A stretch of DNA of 64,000 nt, taken from the sequence record OQ790161.1. One strand, written 5' to 3'. This document shows positions 8,718-19,275 of the stretch, piece by piece (position 1 is the stretch's first letter; every line of letters starts with the position of its first letter). The translations under genes were made by a program, and so were the position numbers. The notes under the pieces were generated by a model. That model saw nothing but the letters and a program-made list of their open reading frames with translations, made no database searches and was not told where the DNA came from.

Positions 8718-11700
8718 ATGTCCCTTGTGTTCAAAAGTTTGAGTGGCCTTGAAACCATCAACGCAGGTCAGTTGGCGACCAATCAGCGTATTACGTTGAT
8801 CACCGCTGCCGGGTTGGTGAATGCCACGTGGGGAACTCTCTCCACGGCCATCACCGATCCACTGAACCTGCGTTTGACGGAAGTGGAAGAAGCATTGGCA
8901 GGTGGCGTGTCGGGTCCTTCGATCTGGCCGGCTGCCCGCACGATCTCACTGGCAGGATTGGTCACCGGTTCGGTGGCTCTTGATGGCAGTCAGAATGTTT
9001 CCCTGACCACTTCCATCGCCGATGGTGCACTGGCGCAAGCCAAGGTCACTGGCCTGGTTGCCAAGCTCGATGAGCTGGGCACGGCCACCAACAATCGATG
9101 GGGTACCGGCTACACGCAAGGTTCCTATCCCACTTCCTACACCGGCAATCTCAACTTGCTGGCAGGTGCCACCTATCTCTACACCGCCACCGGTGTGAGC
9201 AACATGCCCGACCCGGTCAGCAACGGTCATTTCATGATCTTGCAGAACGGTCCGCAGAACTACGGTCAACAGCTTGCCCTGCGTAAAGGTGAGGCGTGGG
9301 TGCGTGGTCAGGACTTGGGCGCATGGAGTAGCTGGAACAAACTGTGGACCAGTGCCAATCTGGATCCCACCACGCTGCTGCTCAAGACCGACACTGCGAC
9401 GGCTGCCACCAAGTTGGCAACGCCGCGTGCGTTCTCCCTCACCGGCGTGGTTACCGCATCGGGTGTGGCCTTTGACGGTACTGGCGCAGTTGCCCTGAGC
9501 ACCGCCATTGCCGATAACGCACTGACGATTGCCAAGACTTCTGGTCTGTCGGCAGCACTGGCACTCAAGTTCGATGTCAAGGGTGCGGTTCCGACCAACA
9601 CCCCGTTGAACTCGGTCGGCGCTACGGGTGTCTACGGTCAGAGCACCCCGGCGCAAGTCACCGCAGCCAACAACTATCCGGTTGTGGGTGTATCGGGTGT
9701 GCTGAAGGTCATCCAGCAGACCGGCTTCATCATGCAAGAGTACGTGACCATCACCAACCAGCACTGGCGTCGTATCTACGACGGTAACGGTTGGTCGACG
9801 TGGACGCGTATCTACGGCTCGGTGGACTTTGACCCCAACAACAAGTTCGACAAGAGCGGCGGTGAGATCACCGGTAGCGTGGACGTCAGTGGCGACCTCA
9901 CCGTCCTGCAGACCTTGAACGCGAAGAGCTACTTTGCCAGCACCTTGACCAGTGCGGCGCGGCTGTTCGGTTACCGCGTCCAGCGCGGTGCGGGCAAGAC
10001 CTCGGGTCTGAGTTACGGTCCGGATTACCTGTCGCTTACCACGATCGTTGACAGCACCAGCCAAACCCATGAGTTGAAGATCACCGATTCCGGCAACCTG
10101 CTGTTCAAGGACCTGCCTGTCTATAGTGGTAACAACTTCGATCCTGCCAATCCGGTTCCCACCGGTGGGCTGCTGAACATTGGTGATCCGGGCAGTACCA
10201 ACCTGCGCTTGCGCAAGGACGGTGCTTACTCCATCGATGGCGGTAGCACCTGGGCACAGTTCGGGGGCGTACAAGACGGCACCGATCCGCGCTTCAATAC
10301 GATTCGCATTGGTGCTGACACCGACATCTATCTCTACGAAGACACGCCGGGACAACTGGGGCTTCGTACCGGCAGTAGCGCAGACTATCGCTTCTTCACC
10401 TTCGGTGCTGATGGAAACTTCGGTGTTCCCAACGGTCGAGTCATGATCGCTGGCAATGAGGCTTGGCATGCGGGTAACTTCAACCCAGCAAACAAACTCA
10501 ATGCCACGGCGACTGCGGTGGCAGCGACGAAGCTGGCGACGGCACGGACGATCAACGGCGTAGCCTTTGACGGTACGGCCAACATCACGATCACCGCGCA
10601 GGCCACGTTGCCCGACAGTCCGGTGTTCACTGGCCCGGCACGTTTTGACGTCAACGGTACCAGTACGGCACAGGCTTGGATTCGTGCTGCTGGTACGACA
10701 GGTATCACCATCGATGCGGTCAATGAAGCCAACTCCGCCTATGCGCCGCTGAACTTCCAAGGTACGGTTGTCACCATCAACAACCAAACTGCGTGGCATG
10801 CCGGTAACTTCGACCCGACGTTAAAGGCCAATCTGGCTGGACCGACGTTCACCAGCATCGTTTACTTCGATGTGGACAACGGCAGCACGGCGAAGGCGCG
10901 CTTCTTGCCCTACGGTACCGACGGTATCAACATGGATTCGGTCAGTCATGACGCCTCTGCGTTCGCTCCGTTGAACCTGCGCGGTACGACGGTGACGATC
11001 AATGGTTTCACGCCATGGACCAATTCCAACTTCAACCCGGCAGGTAAGCTGGATGCGCGCGCCGAACTGGCGGCCTCTTGCGCAACGCCTTCGGGCAATG
11101 ACTGGAATAACGCTAACTCCAACGGCTGGTGGATGATGTCGGGCGGTACCAATACGCCTGGCGGGATCAACGACTGGTTCTTGGGTATGGTCACTGTGCA
11201 CAACGGGGATTGGATCCAACAAGAACTCCAGCGTTTCACCGTCGGTAATGAAGTTGCCGGTGCCAAGTGGCGGCGTTGGAAGAAAGCAGGTTCGTGGACG
11301 GCGTGGACGCAAGACCTGATTGTCGGCGGTGCGCTGTCGGCGAACCGCATGGCTGCGGGTTGGGATTCCGGTACCGCCGGTTCGATCTCCTGCTCCAACT
11401 GGTTCCGTACCACCGGTCAGACGGGTATCTACTTCTCCGATTACGGCGGCGGTTGGTACATGACCGACTCCACCTACGTGCGCTCCTACCAGAACAAGGC
11501 AGTGGCGGGCGCGTGGTTCGAAGTCAATGGTCCTGTCCACAGTCCCAACAGTGCAGCCACCAACGCAGCTTTCCGCGCGTTTGGTAACTACGGTGGCGGC
11601 TATGGCATGGTCGACGGCAGTAACCACATCACCATGTACTCTGAGTCGGGGCACTTGTGCTTTGGTTTCGGCGTCAATGGTGTTGCTAAGAAGGCGCAGG

Positions 11701-12065
11701 TCAACAGCGACGGTATCTTCTACGGTACCGACTATGCCATCTACTCGGATCTGTCGCTGAAGACGGAGGTAACTCCGTTCAAGTTCAACGGTCCGCTGGT
11801 GCCGGTGCGTTTCCAATGGATTGACGGCGGCAAGTGGGACTTCGGTTTCATCGCTCAAGACGTCCAAGCGAAATATGCCGAAGCGGTCGAAGTTGATCCG
11901 ACTACTGGTCTGCTGCGCCTGAAGCAAAGTAAGCTCACTGCGGTGTTGGCTGCGCAAGCTAACGCACAAGGCGAGGACATCGAACTGCTCAAGTCTCAAC
12001 TGGGACAAGCACAACGTGACATCGCTGAATTGAAAGAACTGGTTGCCGAACTGCGCAATCGGTAA
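8718..12065 (+). CDS. Tail fibre protein with C-terminal peptidase S74 intramolecular chaperone
   Basis: 1115 aa, Gly/Thr/Asn-rich, with ATKLATxR...FDG repeats, WHAGNFxP repeats and knob-like W-rich segments; ends YSDLSLK...GFIAQDV followed by a coiled coil. Confidence 0.9.
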   Translation: MSLVFKSLSGLETINAGQLATNQRITLITAAGLVNATWGTLSTAITDPLNLRLTEVEEALAGGVSGPSIWPAARTISLAGLVTGSVALDGSQNVSLTTSIADGALAQAKVTGLVAKLDELGTATNNRWGTGYTQGSYPTSYTGNLNLLAGATYLYTATGVSNMPDPVSNGHFMILQNGPQNYGQQLALRKGEAWVRGQDLGAWSSWNKLWTSANLDPTTLLLKTDTATAATKLATPRAFSLTGVVTASGVAFDGTGAVALSTAIADNALTIAKTSGLSAALALKFDVKGAVPTNTPLNSVGATGVYGQSTPAQVTAANNYPVVGVSGVLKVIQQTGFIMQEYVTITNQHWRRIYDGNGWSTWTRIYGSVDFDPNNKFDKSGGEITGSVDVSGDLTVLQTLNAKSYFASTLTSAARLFGYRVQRGAGKTSGLSYGPDYLSLTTIVDSTSQTHELKITDSGNLLFKDLPVYSGNNFDPANPVPTGGLLNIGDPGSTNLRLRKDGAYSIDGGSTWAQFGGVQDGTDPRFNTIRIGADTDIYLYEDTPGQLGLRTGSSADYRFFTFGADGNFGVPNGRVMIAGNEAWHAGNFNPANKLNATATAVAATKLATARTINGVAFDGTANITITAQATLPDSPVFTGPARFDVNGTSTAQAWIRAAGTTGITIDAVNEANSAYAPLNFQGTVVTINNQTAWHAGNFDPTLKANLAGPTFTSIVYFDVDNGSTAKARFLPYGTDGINMDSVSHDASAFAPLNLRGTTVTINGFTPWTNSNFNPAGKLDARAELAASCATPSGNDWNNANSNGWWMMSGGTNTPGGINDWFLGMVTVHNGDWIQQELQRFTVGNEVAGAKWRRWKKAGSWTAWTQDLIVGGALSANRMAAGWDSGTAGSISCSNWFRTTGQTGIYFSDYGGGWYMTDSTYVRSYQNKAVAGAWFEVNGPVHSPNSAATNAAFRAFGNYGGGYGMVDGSNHITMYSESGHLCFGFGVNGVAKKAQVNSDGIFYGTDYAIYSDLSLKTEVTPFKFNGPLVPVRFQWIDGGKWDFGFIAQDVQAKYAEAVEVDPTTGLLRLKQSKLTAVLAAQANAQGEDIELLKSQLGQAQRDIAELKELVAELRNR

Positions 12066-12102
12066 CATAAGCGCCCCCTAGGGAAACCTAGGGGGCACTC
12101 TT
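12066..12102 (+). terminator. Hairpin preceded by CATAAG
   Basis: CATAAGC-GCCCCCTAGG-GAAA-CCTAGGGGGC-ACTCTTT. Confidence 0.7.
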
Positions 12103-12121
12103 TGCGTACAAGGACACAACC

Positions 12122-15100
12122 ATGTTCAAATATCTCAAGCTGGGAGGTCTGGATTTTCTCGAGAATCCGGAAGTAGGCCAGCATGTGACCGTGCGCACTG
12201 GTCCGGGGGACACTGACTTTGTCAATGTCTTCCTCGGTGACTTCCGCACGTTCATGACCGAACAGGTCACTGAGCGCATCGTCGATCTGGAAGAGGCCGT
12301 TGCTGGCGGCACCGGTCCGTCGGTGTGGCCGGTGGCTCGCAGTCTCTCCTTGACCGGGCTGGTAACCGGCACGGTGGCAATGGACGGTTCGCAAAACGTC
12401 TCCTTGGTCACCTCGATGGCCGACGGTGCTTTGAGCATCGCCAAAGTGGACGGACTGCAAGCGGCGCTGGACGGTAAGTTGGCCAGTACCGGTAACGCAG
12501 CAACGGCGACGCGCCTGCAAACGTCTCGCAATATCGCCCTGTCCGGTGTTGTCACCGGTACGGCTTCGTTCAACGGTTCGGCCAATGCCACCATCGCAAC
12601 TTCGATTGCCGATGGGGCGCTCTCCATTGCCAAGACCTCCGGGTTGCAGGCAGCGCTCGATACCAAGGCCAATCTGAGCGGTGCTGACTTCACCGGTCTG
12701 CTCACTGCGCGTGGTCCGGGGCTGGAAGTGTGGGCTGCTGATGGTAACGCCGATGCGGCGCTGAATGTTCGCAATCAGGCTGGGGTGCTCCAAGGCGCGC
12801 TGGCATGGGACCGGGCAACGGACTCGATGCGTTTGCGTCGTGCCTCGACTGACGGTGCTGCTACGGAAGGTGAGTTCGCGCTCTACGGTGATCGCGCAAC
12901 GATCAATGGTAACGTGCTCTACCACGCAGGTAACTTGAATGCGCAAGCGTTGAGTTATCTGTCCTCGGCTGTGACCGAGTATGTCAGTGGAGCGGGTGCT
13001 AACGCCAATGACTTCGCCGCCGGTACCAAAAACCTGGTGCACAACACCAATGCCAATACGCCCGGTGCAAGCTCGGCCTATTGGTACATCGAAACGCTGC
13101 TGACGGGTACCTCCACCAATGTGCTGATCCAACGCGCTTACTCGCCTACCCTCGATGAGCACTACGTGCGTCGTGGCAATGCGGGTGTGTGGTCGGCTTG
13201 GCGTCGTCAGTGGAACAGCTCCAACTTCGATCCGACCAGTAAGCTCGATAGCAATGCCGTGGCTGCATCGGCAACCAAGCTGCAGACGGCCCGTACGATC
13301 GCCCTGACGGGCATCGCCACCGGTACCGTAAGCTTCGATGGTACTGCCAACGTGTCCATCGCCACGAGCGTGGCAGACGGCGCTCTGTCCATTGCCAAGA
13401 CCTCCGGTCTGCAAACGGCACTGGATGGTAAGCTCAACGTGGGTCAGTACGGTCTGGGCACGGCCTCGGCCAACTACAACTGGGCAGTGGAAGTTCGTCA
13501 GTCGCAGTTTGCAGTGGGTACGACTGGTGCGCCGGAGTCGGGCAAGAACTACATGGGCATGCACGTTGTGCTCAGCCATGCCGACTACTATGCCATGGAC
13601 TTGGCAGCGCGCAACAACAAGCTGTGGTTCCAGACCACGGAGCTGGGCGTGTTGGGTACGTGGAATGAGGTTTACCACACCGGTAACTTCACTCCTGCCA
13701 ATTACGTTCCCGTCACCCGTTCAGTGCTGGCAGGCAACGGTATCCTCGATGGCGGTGCGCTCAGTGGTGATGTCACCTTGACGTTGGGTACGCCGACCAC
13801 CTTGAGTGGTTCGACGACCAATGCGGTGACCGCTGGTTCGCACACCCACGCCCTGAGTGCCAACCTGAAGGCCTGGGACGCCATTACCGTGGCTTCCAAG
13901 TTGGACGCAAGCGCTACTGCTGTTGCAGCTGCAAAGCTCGCTACGGCGCGTACGGTGGCTCTGACGGGACCTGTGACGGCCAGTGCGTCCTTTGATGGCT
14001 CGGCAAACCTGACGTTGGCCACTGCGGTGGCGGATGGTGCGTTGGCCATTGCCAAGATCAATGGTCTGCAAGCGGCACTGGACCTGTTGGCTCCCAAGGC
14101 CAACCCGACCTTCACCGGTACGGCACGTCTGCTGGGCGATCTGTTACCTGACGTGGACAATGTCCGTTCGCTGGGTGCACCGAACCTGATGTGGAAGGAC
14201 GTGTACATCGGCCCTGGGTCACTGTACATCAACGGTCAGAAGGTGCTGGAGGATAACTCCGGTACGATTCGCATGTTGGCTGATCCCAATCAGAACATCG
14301 CGATCCAGACCAGTGGTTCGGGCGACATCGAACTGGCTCCCACCGGCACCGGTGTGATTCAGATGAAGGGGACGGTCTCGTTCCTGGGTGGCTCCAAGAT
14401 CCGCTCCTCCAATGGCTCGGCACTGTTGTTCGATGAGGACATCCAGTTCAGCACTGGCACGGGCCTGATCGGTACGCCCACCATCAACGGCAACGTGATT
14501 TACCATGCGGGCAACCTGGACCTGTCCAGTACCTTCCGCATCGGTGCAGCCAATGCTGCTGACCTGCGCTTCTCCTCGGGCGATGGTCGCGGTATTCGCT
14601 TCTGGGATAACGTCAACTACTCGATTTACATGAGTGCCACCACCAATGCAAGTTTGGGTGGGCGCATCGCCGGTGAGACCACGTCTGACCACAACATGTA
14701 TTTCCGCATGGCTGCCGGGACCAACCGCGGCTTTGTGTTTGAGAACGGTTACGCCAACAAGCTGTTTGCCATCAACACCAACGGTGTGCGCTCGACCCCG
14801 TCCATCACGGCACCTTCGTTCATCGGTGCGTTGGAAGGTAATGCCGCCTCGGCCACCAAGCTGGGAACGGCACGCCAGATCTATCTGCAAAACGATCTGA
14901 CGGGTAACGCAGCCTTCGATGGCTCGACGGACATCAGTATCGCCGCCTACGCTCGTGCGTATGTCTCCGGTGGTACGGGTTCGAGTCAGGCTGGTCAGTA
15001 TGTTCGTGTGGCGCGCGCTACCATTGGTGCGCAGTACGAAGATGCGGCCATTGCATTGCAGATGCTCGGCTACAGTGACGCGGCGTCCTACGCTCGCAGT

Positions 15101-18100
15101 TGCCGTGTGCGCTTCCGCGTCAAGCAGCAAGCAACGCTGCCGGGTTTGCCGGTCGTCAATGTGGACGTGGAATCGACCAACTACATCCAGCCTGAAGAAT
15201 TCGTGGCTGTGATCGGTGATACCGCCGCCTATCCGGTGACGGTGGATCTGTATGTCAAGATGGCTGGTACCTACTCGGGCTTGAAGACGTCGGTCTTGGG
15301 TCGTGGTGGTAGCCGCACCATTCAGTTGGTGGAAAACGACGGGTACGTCACGGCATTGCCTTCCGGTACGCAAGTTCCGGGTGTGGGCGATAACGCCAGC
15401 CGTGCTTACGCCAACGCGCTCACGGCCTCCACTGTCACTGCCACGGACATCATCGGTAACCTGCAAGGTACTTTCGCTGGCACGTTGGCACGGGTGTACA
15501 ATCCGAACAACTCCGGCGCCACGATGGGAATGGAGTGGAGCAGCAATGCACCGCGCCTGCGCATCGGCGGTACGGGTTCGTATGTGGATGCCACCTTCCG
15601 CATTCAAGGCGCAAGTGACTTTGTGCGCATGTCGCTGGATGCTCAGGGTAACATGACCATTCCGGGTACGCTGACGGCTTCGGCCATCAACGGCAACCTG
15701 AACTGGAGCGGTACGCAGTACTTCGAAGCGAGTAACACCCACTTCGGCAGTAAGGCTACCAGCAATGTGCTTCTGGAAATCGGTGGGCGTGCTGGCACGG
15801 CGACCTCGACGGGCTTGGACTTCCACTCCAGTGGCGGTAACAACGACTTTGACACGCGCATCATGGCCACTGGTGGCGATGGTACGACCAACGGTGCAGG
15901 TACGCTCACGGTGTCGGCTGCGGCCTTCACGTTGACCGGTCACCTGAATCTGCCGACCAGTCGTGCAATCACCTTCGGCAGCAACAGCTCGGTTGTCCGC
16001 GACGCAGGTACGGCGGGCTTGGTCATCAGTACGGCAACGGGTGGTTACATCTATCTGCGGCCCAACGGTGATGCTTCGGCCACCAATCAGTTCGTCGTTA
16101 ACAACACTGGCGTGTCCTACGGCGGCAACGACATCTGGCATGCGGGTAACTTCAATCCGGATGGTAGGGTCGAACGTGGCACCACCGCGCTCAACCAAGA
16201 CGGTACGGTCCCGGCTGGCTTCTTTACCGATGTCGCCAATCAGCTCGCGCTGAAGATGTCCAACAACACCACTGGCTCGACGGGCTACCCGAGTGAGTTT
16301 GGTGCAACGTTGTCGGTCATCATGGGTCGTCAACCGACGCGCTCGTTCGATCTGCACGTCACTACCGGTTCGCCGAACTTCCTGTACTATCGCGGCTATC
16401 CCTCCACGGGCACTGCGGGTGGTGAATGGAAGACCATCGCGGCTTTGCAGAACGCCAACAGCTGGACCGGACTGCAGACCTTCACCAACGGTGTGACGTT
16501 TGCCAATGACAAGGTAGTCAGTCTGGGCACCGGCGGTGGCACACTGCGTGCAACCAACACCGGCAGTGTGGTGATCTCCTCGGGCACGGGTGGTAGTGGT
16601 TTTGTCTACCTGCGTCCCAATGGCGATACCGTCACCACCGGTCAGGTCGTGGTCTACGCCACCGGCGTGCTGGACGCAAGCAGCCTCAAGGCCAATGCTT
16701 CTGGCTCGGGTGCGGTGTTCTTGGAAATGGCAGGTGAGCGTGCATGGCAGTTCCGTCAGATCGGCACGGGGGCAACCTCGGGTCTGGAGCTGTTTGACAC
16801 CACTGGCGGTAAGGCCTTCCATGTCACCAGCACGTCCAACAGCAACCGCATCTCCATGGACGGCTCGCTCTCGCGCGTGACGGCCAATGAGTTCGTGGGC
16901 GCACTGACGGGCAATGCCGCAACGGCTTCCAATGCTTCGGCAGTGGGTGGTCTGGCAGCGACCTCGTTCCTGCGTAATGACGCGGCCAATTCTTCGGATG
17001 TGCGCGTTGCCTCTGGTGACGGACGTGGTTTGCGGTTCTGGGATAACGATCAGTACAAGATCTGGATGAGTGCATCGGGCACCGCTTCGACGGGTGGCCG
17101 GATCGATGGTGAAACCACCTCCGATTACAACATGTACTTCCGTATGGCCAGCGGTACCAATCGAGGCTTCGTCTTCGAGTCGACCAATGCGGCCAAGCTG
17201 TTTGCGATCAATCCCAGTGGAGTGCGTTCCACGCCGTCGATCACTGCGCCGAGCTTCATTGGTGCAGTTCGCGGTAACGCGGACACGGCCACTAAACTGC
17301 TCACCGCGCGCACCATCAACGGTGTTGCCTTCGATGGTAGTTCCAACATCACCATCGCAGTGGCCATGCCTACTTCGATCGACGTGACAGGTTCCATCAA
17401 CGCCGGCGCGAGTTTGCGCTCGGGTGGTTGGGGTGGGATCGCCACTAACGGTGTGGTGTACTTTGGTACGGCCGACAGCTACATCTTCAAGTCGGGCAAC
17501 AACTTCGCGTTCAAGAACGAGGAGGGTTCGTACACGGCCACCTTGACGTCGGGCGGCAACATCTGGACGACCAGCAACCTGACGCCGTTGGATCGCAACA
17601 CTGGTGGTTCTGTTCTCGCTACCCTGGATGTCTTCTCGGGTGCTTTCGGCACCCAGACGGGCTTGTACGGTATGGGGTACAACAACGGCGTTCGTCGTTG
17701 GTTGCACGTGATGGAATCGGACGCCTCCTACGCGCTCTACAGCTACAACACCAGCGGTGGTGGCGCCGGTCGCGTCCTCAAGATCAACAACCTCGCCAGC
17801 GGTCAATCGGCGTTTGAAGCACTTGTCGTTTGGGGCGGTATCAAATCGCTCGGCACGTCGGCCGGCTTCAGCTTGGGTGACCGTAACGGTACGGGTCCGG
17901 AATGGAGCATCTACGCCAGTGAAAGTGCCCTGCGGTTGTGGGTATCTGGTGGTGGTGATCGTTTCAGCATCAACAGTGCTGGCAATGCCAACATTGCAAA
18001 CGGACTGGTGGTGTCTGGCCGAATGGACGTGGGCAACCAGCTCTACGTGAACGCCGGTTGGGTTCGATCGCAACAGTCGGGTACGGGTTGGTACCACGAA

Positions 18101-18733
18101 GCGCATGGCGGTGGTATCTTCATGCAAGATTCCCAGTGGGTGCGAACCTACAACAACAAGGGTTTCTTGATCGCCGGTGCAGCTGGTAATGACGGCGGTC
18201 TGCGTATGGAAGGTACTTCGCCGACGGTCACCTTCTACGACACCGACTCGGGTCGTACGAACTGGCTGCACTGCAACGACGACAACATTGGCTTCTTGGC
18301 CAGTAACTCGTTCTCGTGGTGCTCCTACCGTGACGGTAGCAACAACTGGATCACGGTGGGCAACATCGTGGGCTACGCTTCGGATGAACGTCTGAAGACC
18401 GGCATTGATTTCGTTGATCGTCAGATCCCGACGGACTTCTTCGACCGCTTCCGCGTTCGTGAGTTCGACTGGAACTACGAGGCGATTGCCAAGTTGAATC
18501 CGGACTTCAAGCCGATTGCCGATCACGAAGTTGGTGGTATTGCGCAGGAGGTGGAGGAGATCTACCCGTTCATGGTGACCACTCACCAGAACACGGGCAT
18601 CAAGACCATCATGTGGGACAAGGCGGTCCCGCTGTTGATCTCCGAAGTGCAGGAGCTGCGTAAGCTCAAGCCGGTGGTGGATGAGTTGCTGGGACGTCTG
18701 GCAGCTCTGGAAGCCAAGGTGGGAGGTGCGTAA
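12122..18733 (+). CDS. Long tail fibre (2203 aa) with C-terminal peptidase S74 chaperone
   Basis: Repeated ATKLxTARxIxLxG...FDG..DGALSIAK..GLQxALD modules and internal duplications; C-terminal ASDERLK...VGGIAQEVEE...YPFMV. Confidence 0.92.
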   Translation: MFKYLKLGGLDFLENPEVGQHVTVRTGPGDTDFVNVFLGDFRTFMTEQVTERIVDLEEAVAGGTGPSVWPVARSLSLTGLVTGTVAMDGSQNVSLVTSMADGALSIAKVDGLQAALDGKLASTGNAATATRLQTSRNIALSGVVTGTASFNGSANATIATSIADGALSIAKTSGLQAALDTKANLSGADFTGLLTARGPGLEVWAADGNADAALNVRNQAGVLQGALAWDRATDSMRLRRASTDGAATEGEFALYGDRATINGNVLYHAGNLNAQALSYLSSAVTEYVSGAGANANDFAAGTKNLVHNTNANTPGASSAYWYIETLLTGTSTNVLIQRAYSPTLDEHYVRRGNAGVWSAWRRQWNSSNFDPTSKLDSNAVAASATKLQTARTIALTGIATGTVSFDGTANVSIATSVADGALSIAKTSGLQTALDGKLNVGQYGLGTASANYNWAVEVRQSQFAVGTTGAPESGKNYMGMHVVLSHADYYAMDLAARNNKLWFQTTELGVLGTWNEVYHTGNFTPANYVPVTRSVLAGNGILDGGALSGDVTLTLGTPTTLSGSTTNAVTAGSHTHALSANLKAWDAITVASKLDASATAVAAAKLATARTVALTGPVTASASFDGSANLTLATAVADGALAIAKINGLQAALDLLAPKANPTFTGTARLLGDLLPDVDNVRSLGAPNLMWKDVYIGPGSLYINGQKVLEDNSGTIRMLADPNQNIAIQTSGSGDIELAPTGTGVIQMKGTVSFLGGSKIRSSNGSALLFDEDIQFSTGTGLIGTPTINGNVIYHAGNLDLSSTFRIGAANAADLRFSSGDGRGIRFWDNVNYSIYMSATTNASLGGRIAGETTSDHNMYFRMAAGTNRGFVFENGYANKLFAINTNGVRSTPSITAPSFIGALEGNAASATKLGTARQIYLQNDLTGNAAFDGSTDISIAAYARAYVSGGTGSSQAGQYVRVARATIGAQYEDAAIALQMLGYSDAASYARSCRVRFRVKQQATLPGLPVVNVDVESTNYIQPEEFVAVIGDTAAYPVTVDLYVKMAGTYSGLKTSVLGRGGSRTIQLVENDGYVTALPSGTQVPGVGDNASRAYANALTASTVTATDIIGNLQGTFAGTLARVYNPNNSGATMGMEWSSNAPRLRIGGTGSYVDATFRIQGASDFVRMSLDAQGNMTIPGTLTASAINGNLNWSGTQYFEASNTHFGSKATSNVLLEIGGRAGTATSTGLDFHSSGGNNDFDTRIMATGGDGTTNGAGTLTVSAAAFTLTGHLNLPTSRAITFGSNSSVVRDAGTAGLVISTATGGYIYLRPNGDASATNQFVVNNTGVSYGGNDIWHAGNFNPDGRVERGTTALNQDGTVPAGFFTDVANQLALKMSNNTTGSTGYPSEFGATLSVIMGRQPTRSFDLHVTTGSPNFLYYRGYPSTGTAGGEWKTIAALQNANSWTGLQTFTNGVTFANDKVVSLGTGGGTLRATNTGSVVISSGTGGSGFVYLRPNGDTVTTGQVVVYATGVLDASSLKANASGSGAVFLEMAGERAWQFRQIGTGATSGLELFDTTGGKAFHVTSTSNSNRISMDGSLSRVTANEFVGALTGNAATASNASAVGGLAATSFLRNDAANSSDVRVASGDGRGLRFWDNDQYKIWMSASGTASTGGRIDGETTSDYNMYFRMASGTNRGFVFESTNAAKLFAINPSGVRSTPSITAPSFIGAVRGNADTATKLLTARTINGVAFDGSSNITIAVAMPTSIDVTGSINAGASLRSGGWGGIATNGVVYFGTADSYIFKSGNNFAFKNEEGSYTATLTSGGNIWTTSNLTPLDRNTGGSVLATLDVFSGAFGTQTGLYGMGYNNGVRRWLHVMESDASYALYSYNTSGGGAGRVLKINNLASGQSAFEALVVWGGIKSLGTSAGFSLGDRNGTGPEWSIYASESALRLWVSGGGDRFSINSAGNANIANGLVVSGRMDVGNQLYVNAGWVRSQQSGTGWYHEAHGGGIFMQDSQWVRTYNNKGFLIAGAAGNDGGLRMEGTSPTVTFYDTDSGRTNWLHCNDDNIGFLASNSFSWCSYRDGSNNWITVGNIVGYASDERLKTGIDFVDRQIPTDFFDRFRVREFDWNYEAIAKLNPDFKPIADHEVGGIAQEVEEIYPFMVTTHQNTGIKTIMWDKAVPLLISEVQELRKLKPVVDELLGRLAALEAKVGGA

Positions 18734-19203
18734 TGCCCCTCCCCACTTCTGGAACGCTCAGTTGGGAAATGATTCGCAATGAATTTGGTGGAGGCAACCC
18801 TGTCTACATCAGTCAGTACTATCGCGGTGCCGGTCGTGTACCGAACATCCCCGAGAATGCTGGCGTTCCCACCAGTGGTCCCATCTACCTGCATCAGTTC
18901 TACGGTGCGCGTGCCCAAGGGCAGAGTCCGCTCAGTGTCACTGCCCCTGACGTGTTCAACCAAGTCAACAACGGTACAGCCTCAGGTACGTCGGTGGCCA
19001 GTGGCGCTGGTGGCACAGGGGGTTACACCTACACGTGGGCCAACAACACCGGTGGTGCATCGATGGGCGTTAATGGCGCAGGTGCGACGTTCTCCTCTGG
19101 TCGTTCAGTAACTGGTACCGCCACGGTCACGGTACGTGACTCGTCCGGTGCCACAGCCACCAAGACAATCTACGTCGAACTGACCGTGGGTCGTCCTGTT
19201 TAA
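18733..19203 (+). CDS. Putative fibre-tip adhesin (docking module plus Ig-like domain)
   Basis: 156 aa, coupled to the long fibre by TAATG. N-terminal SGTLSW..IRNEFG..P..ISQYYRG...VPTSGPI....FYG module; C-terminal GGYTYTW...TVTVRDSSG beta-sandwich. Confidence 0.65.
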   Translation: MPLPTSGTLSWEMIRNEFGGGNPVYISQYYRGAGRVPNIPENAGVPTSGPIYLHQFYGARAQGQSPLSVTAPDVFNQVNNGTASGTSVASGAGGTGGYTYTWANNTGGASMGVNGAGATFSSGRSVTGTATVTVRDSSGATATKTIYVELTVGRPV

Positions 19204-19275
19204 GCAAACCTCCTCGGCGACAGGGACGTCACTGAGGACACCTTTTCACATGGCACAGTTCTACGGGGGTAGACG

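Noticed and set aside
14219-18586. 1455 aa minus-strand ORF, and similar long antisense ORFs (2344-3867, 8946-10799, 25046-27280, 27168-30584, 45795-48188, 55755-58226)
   Set aside because: Shadow frames opposite well-supported genes; the biased high-GC codon usage suppresses antisense stops, and the translations have no recognisable motifs.
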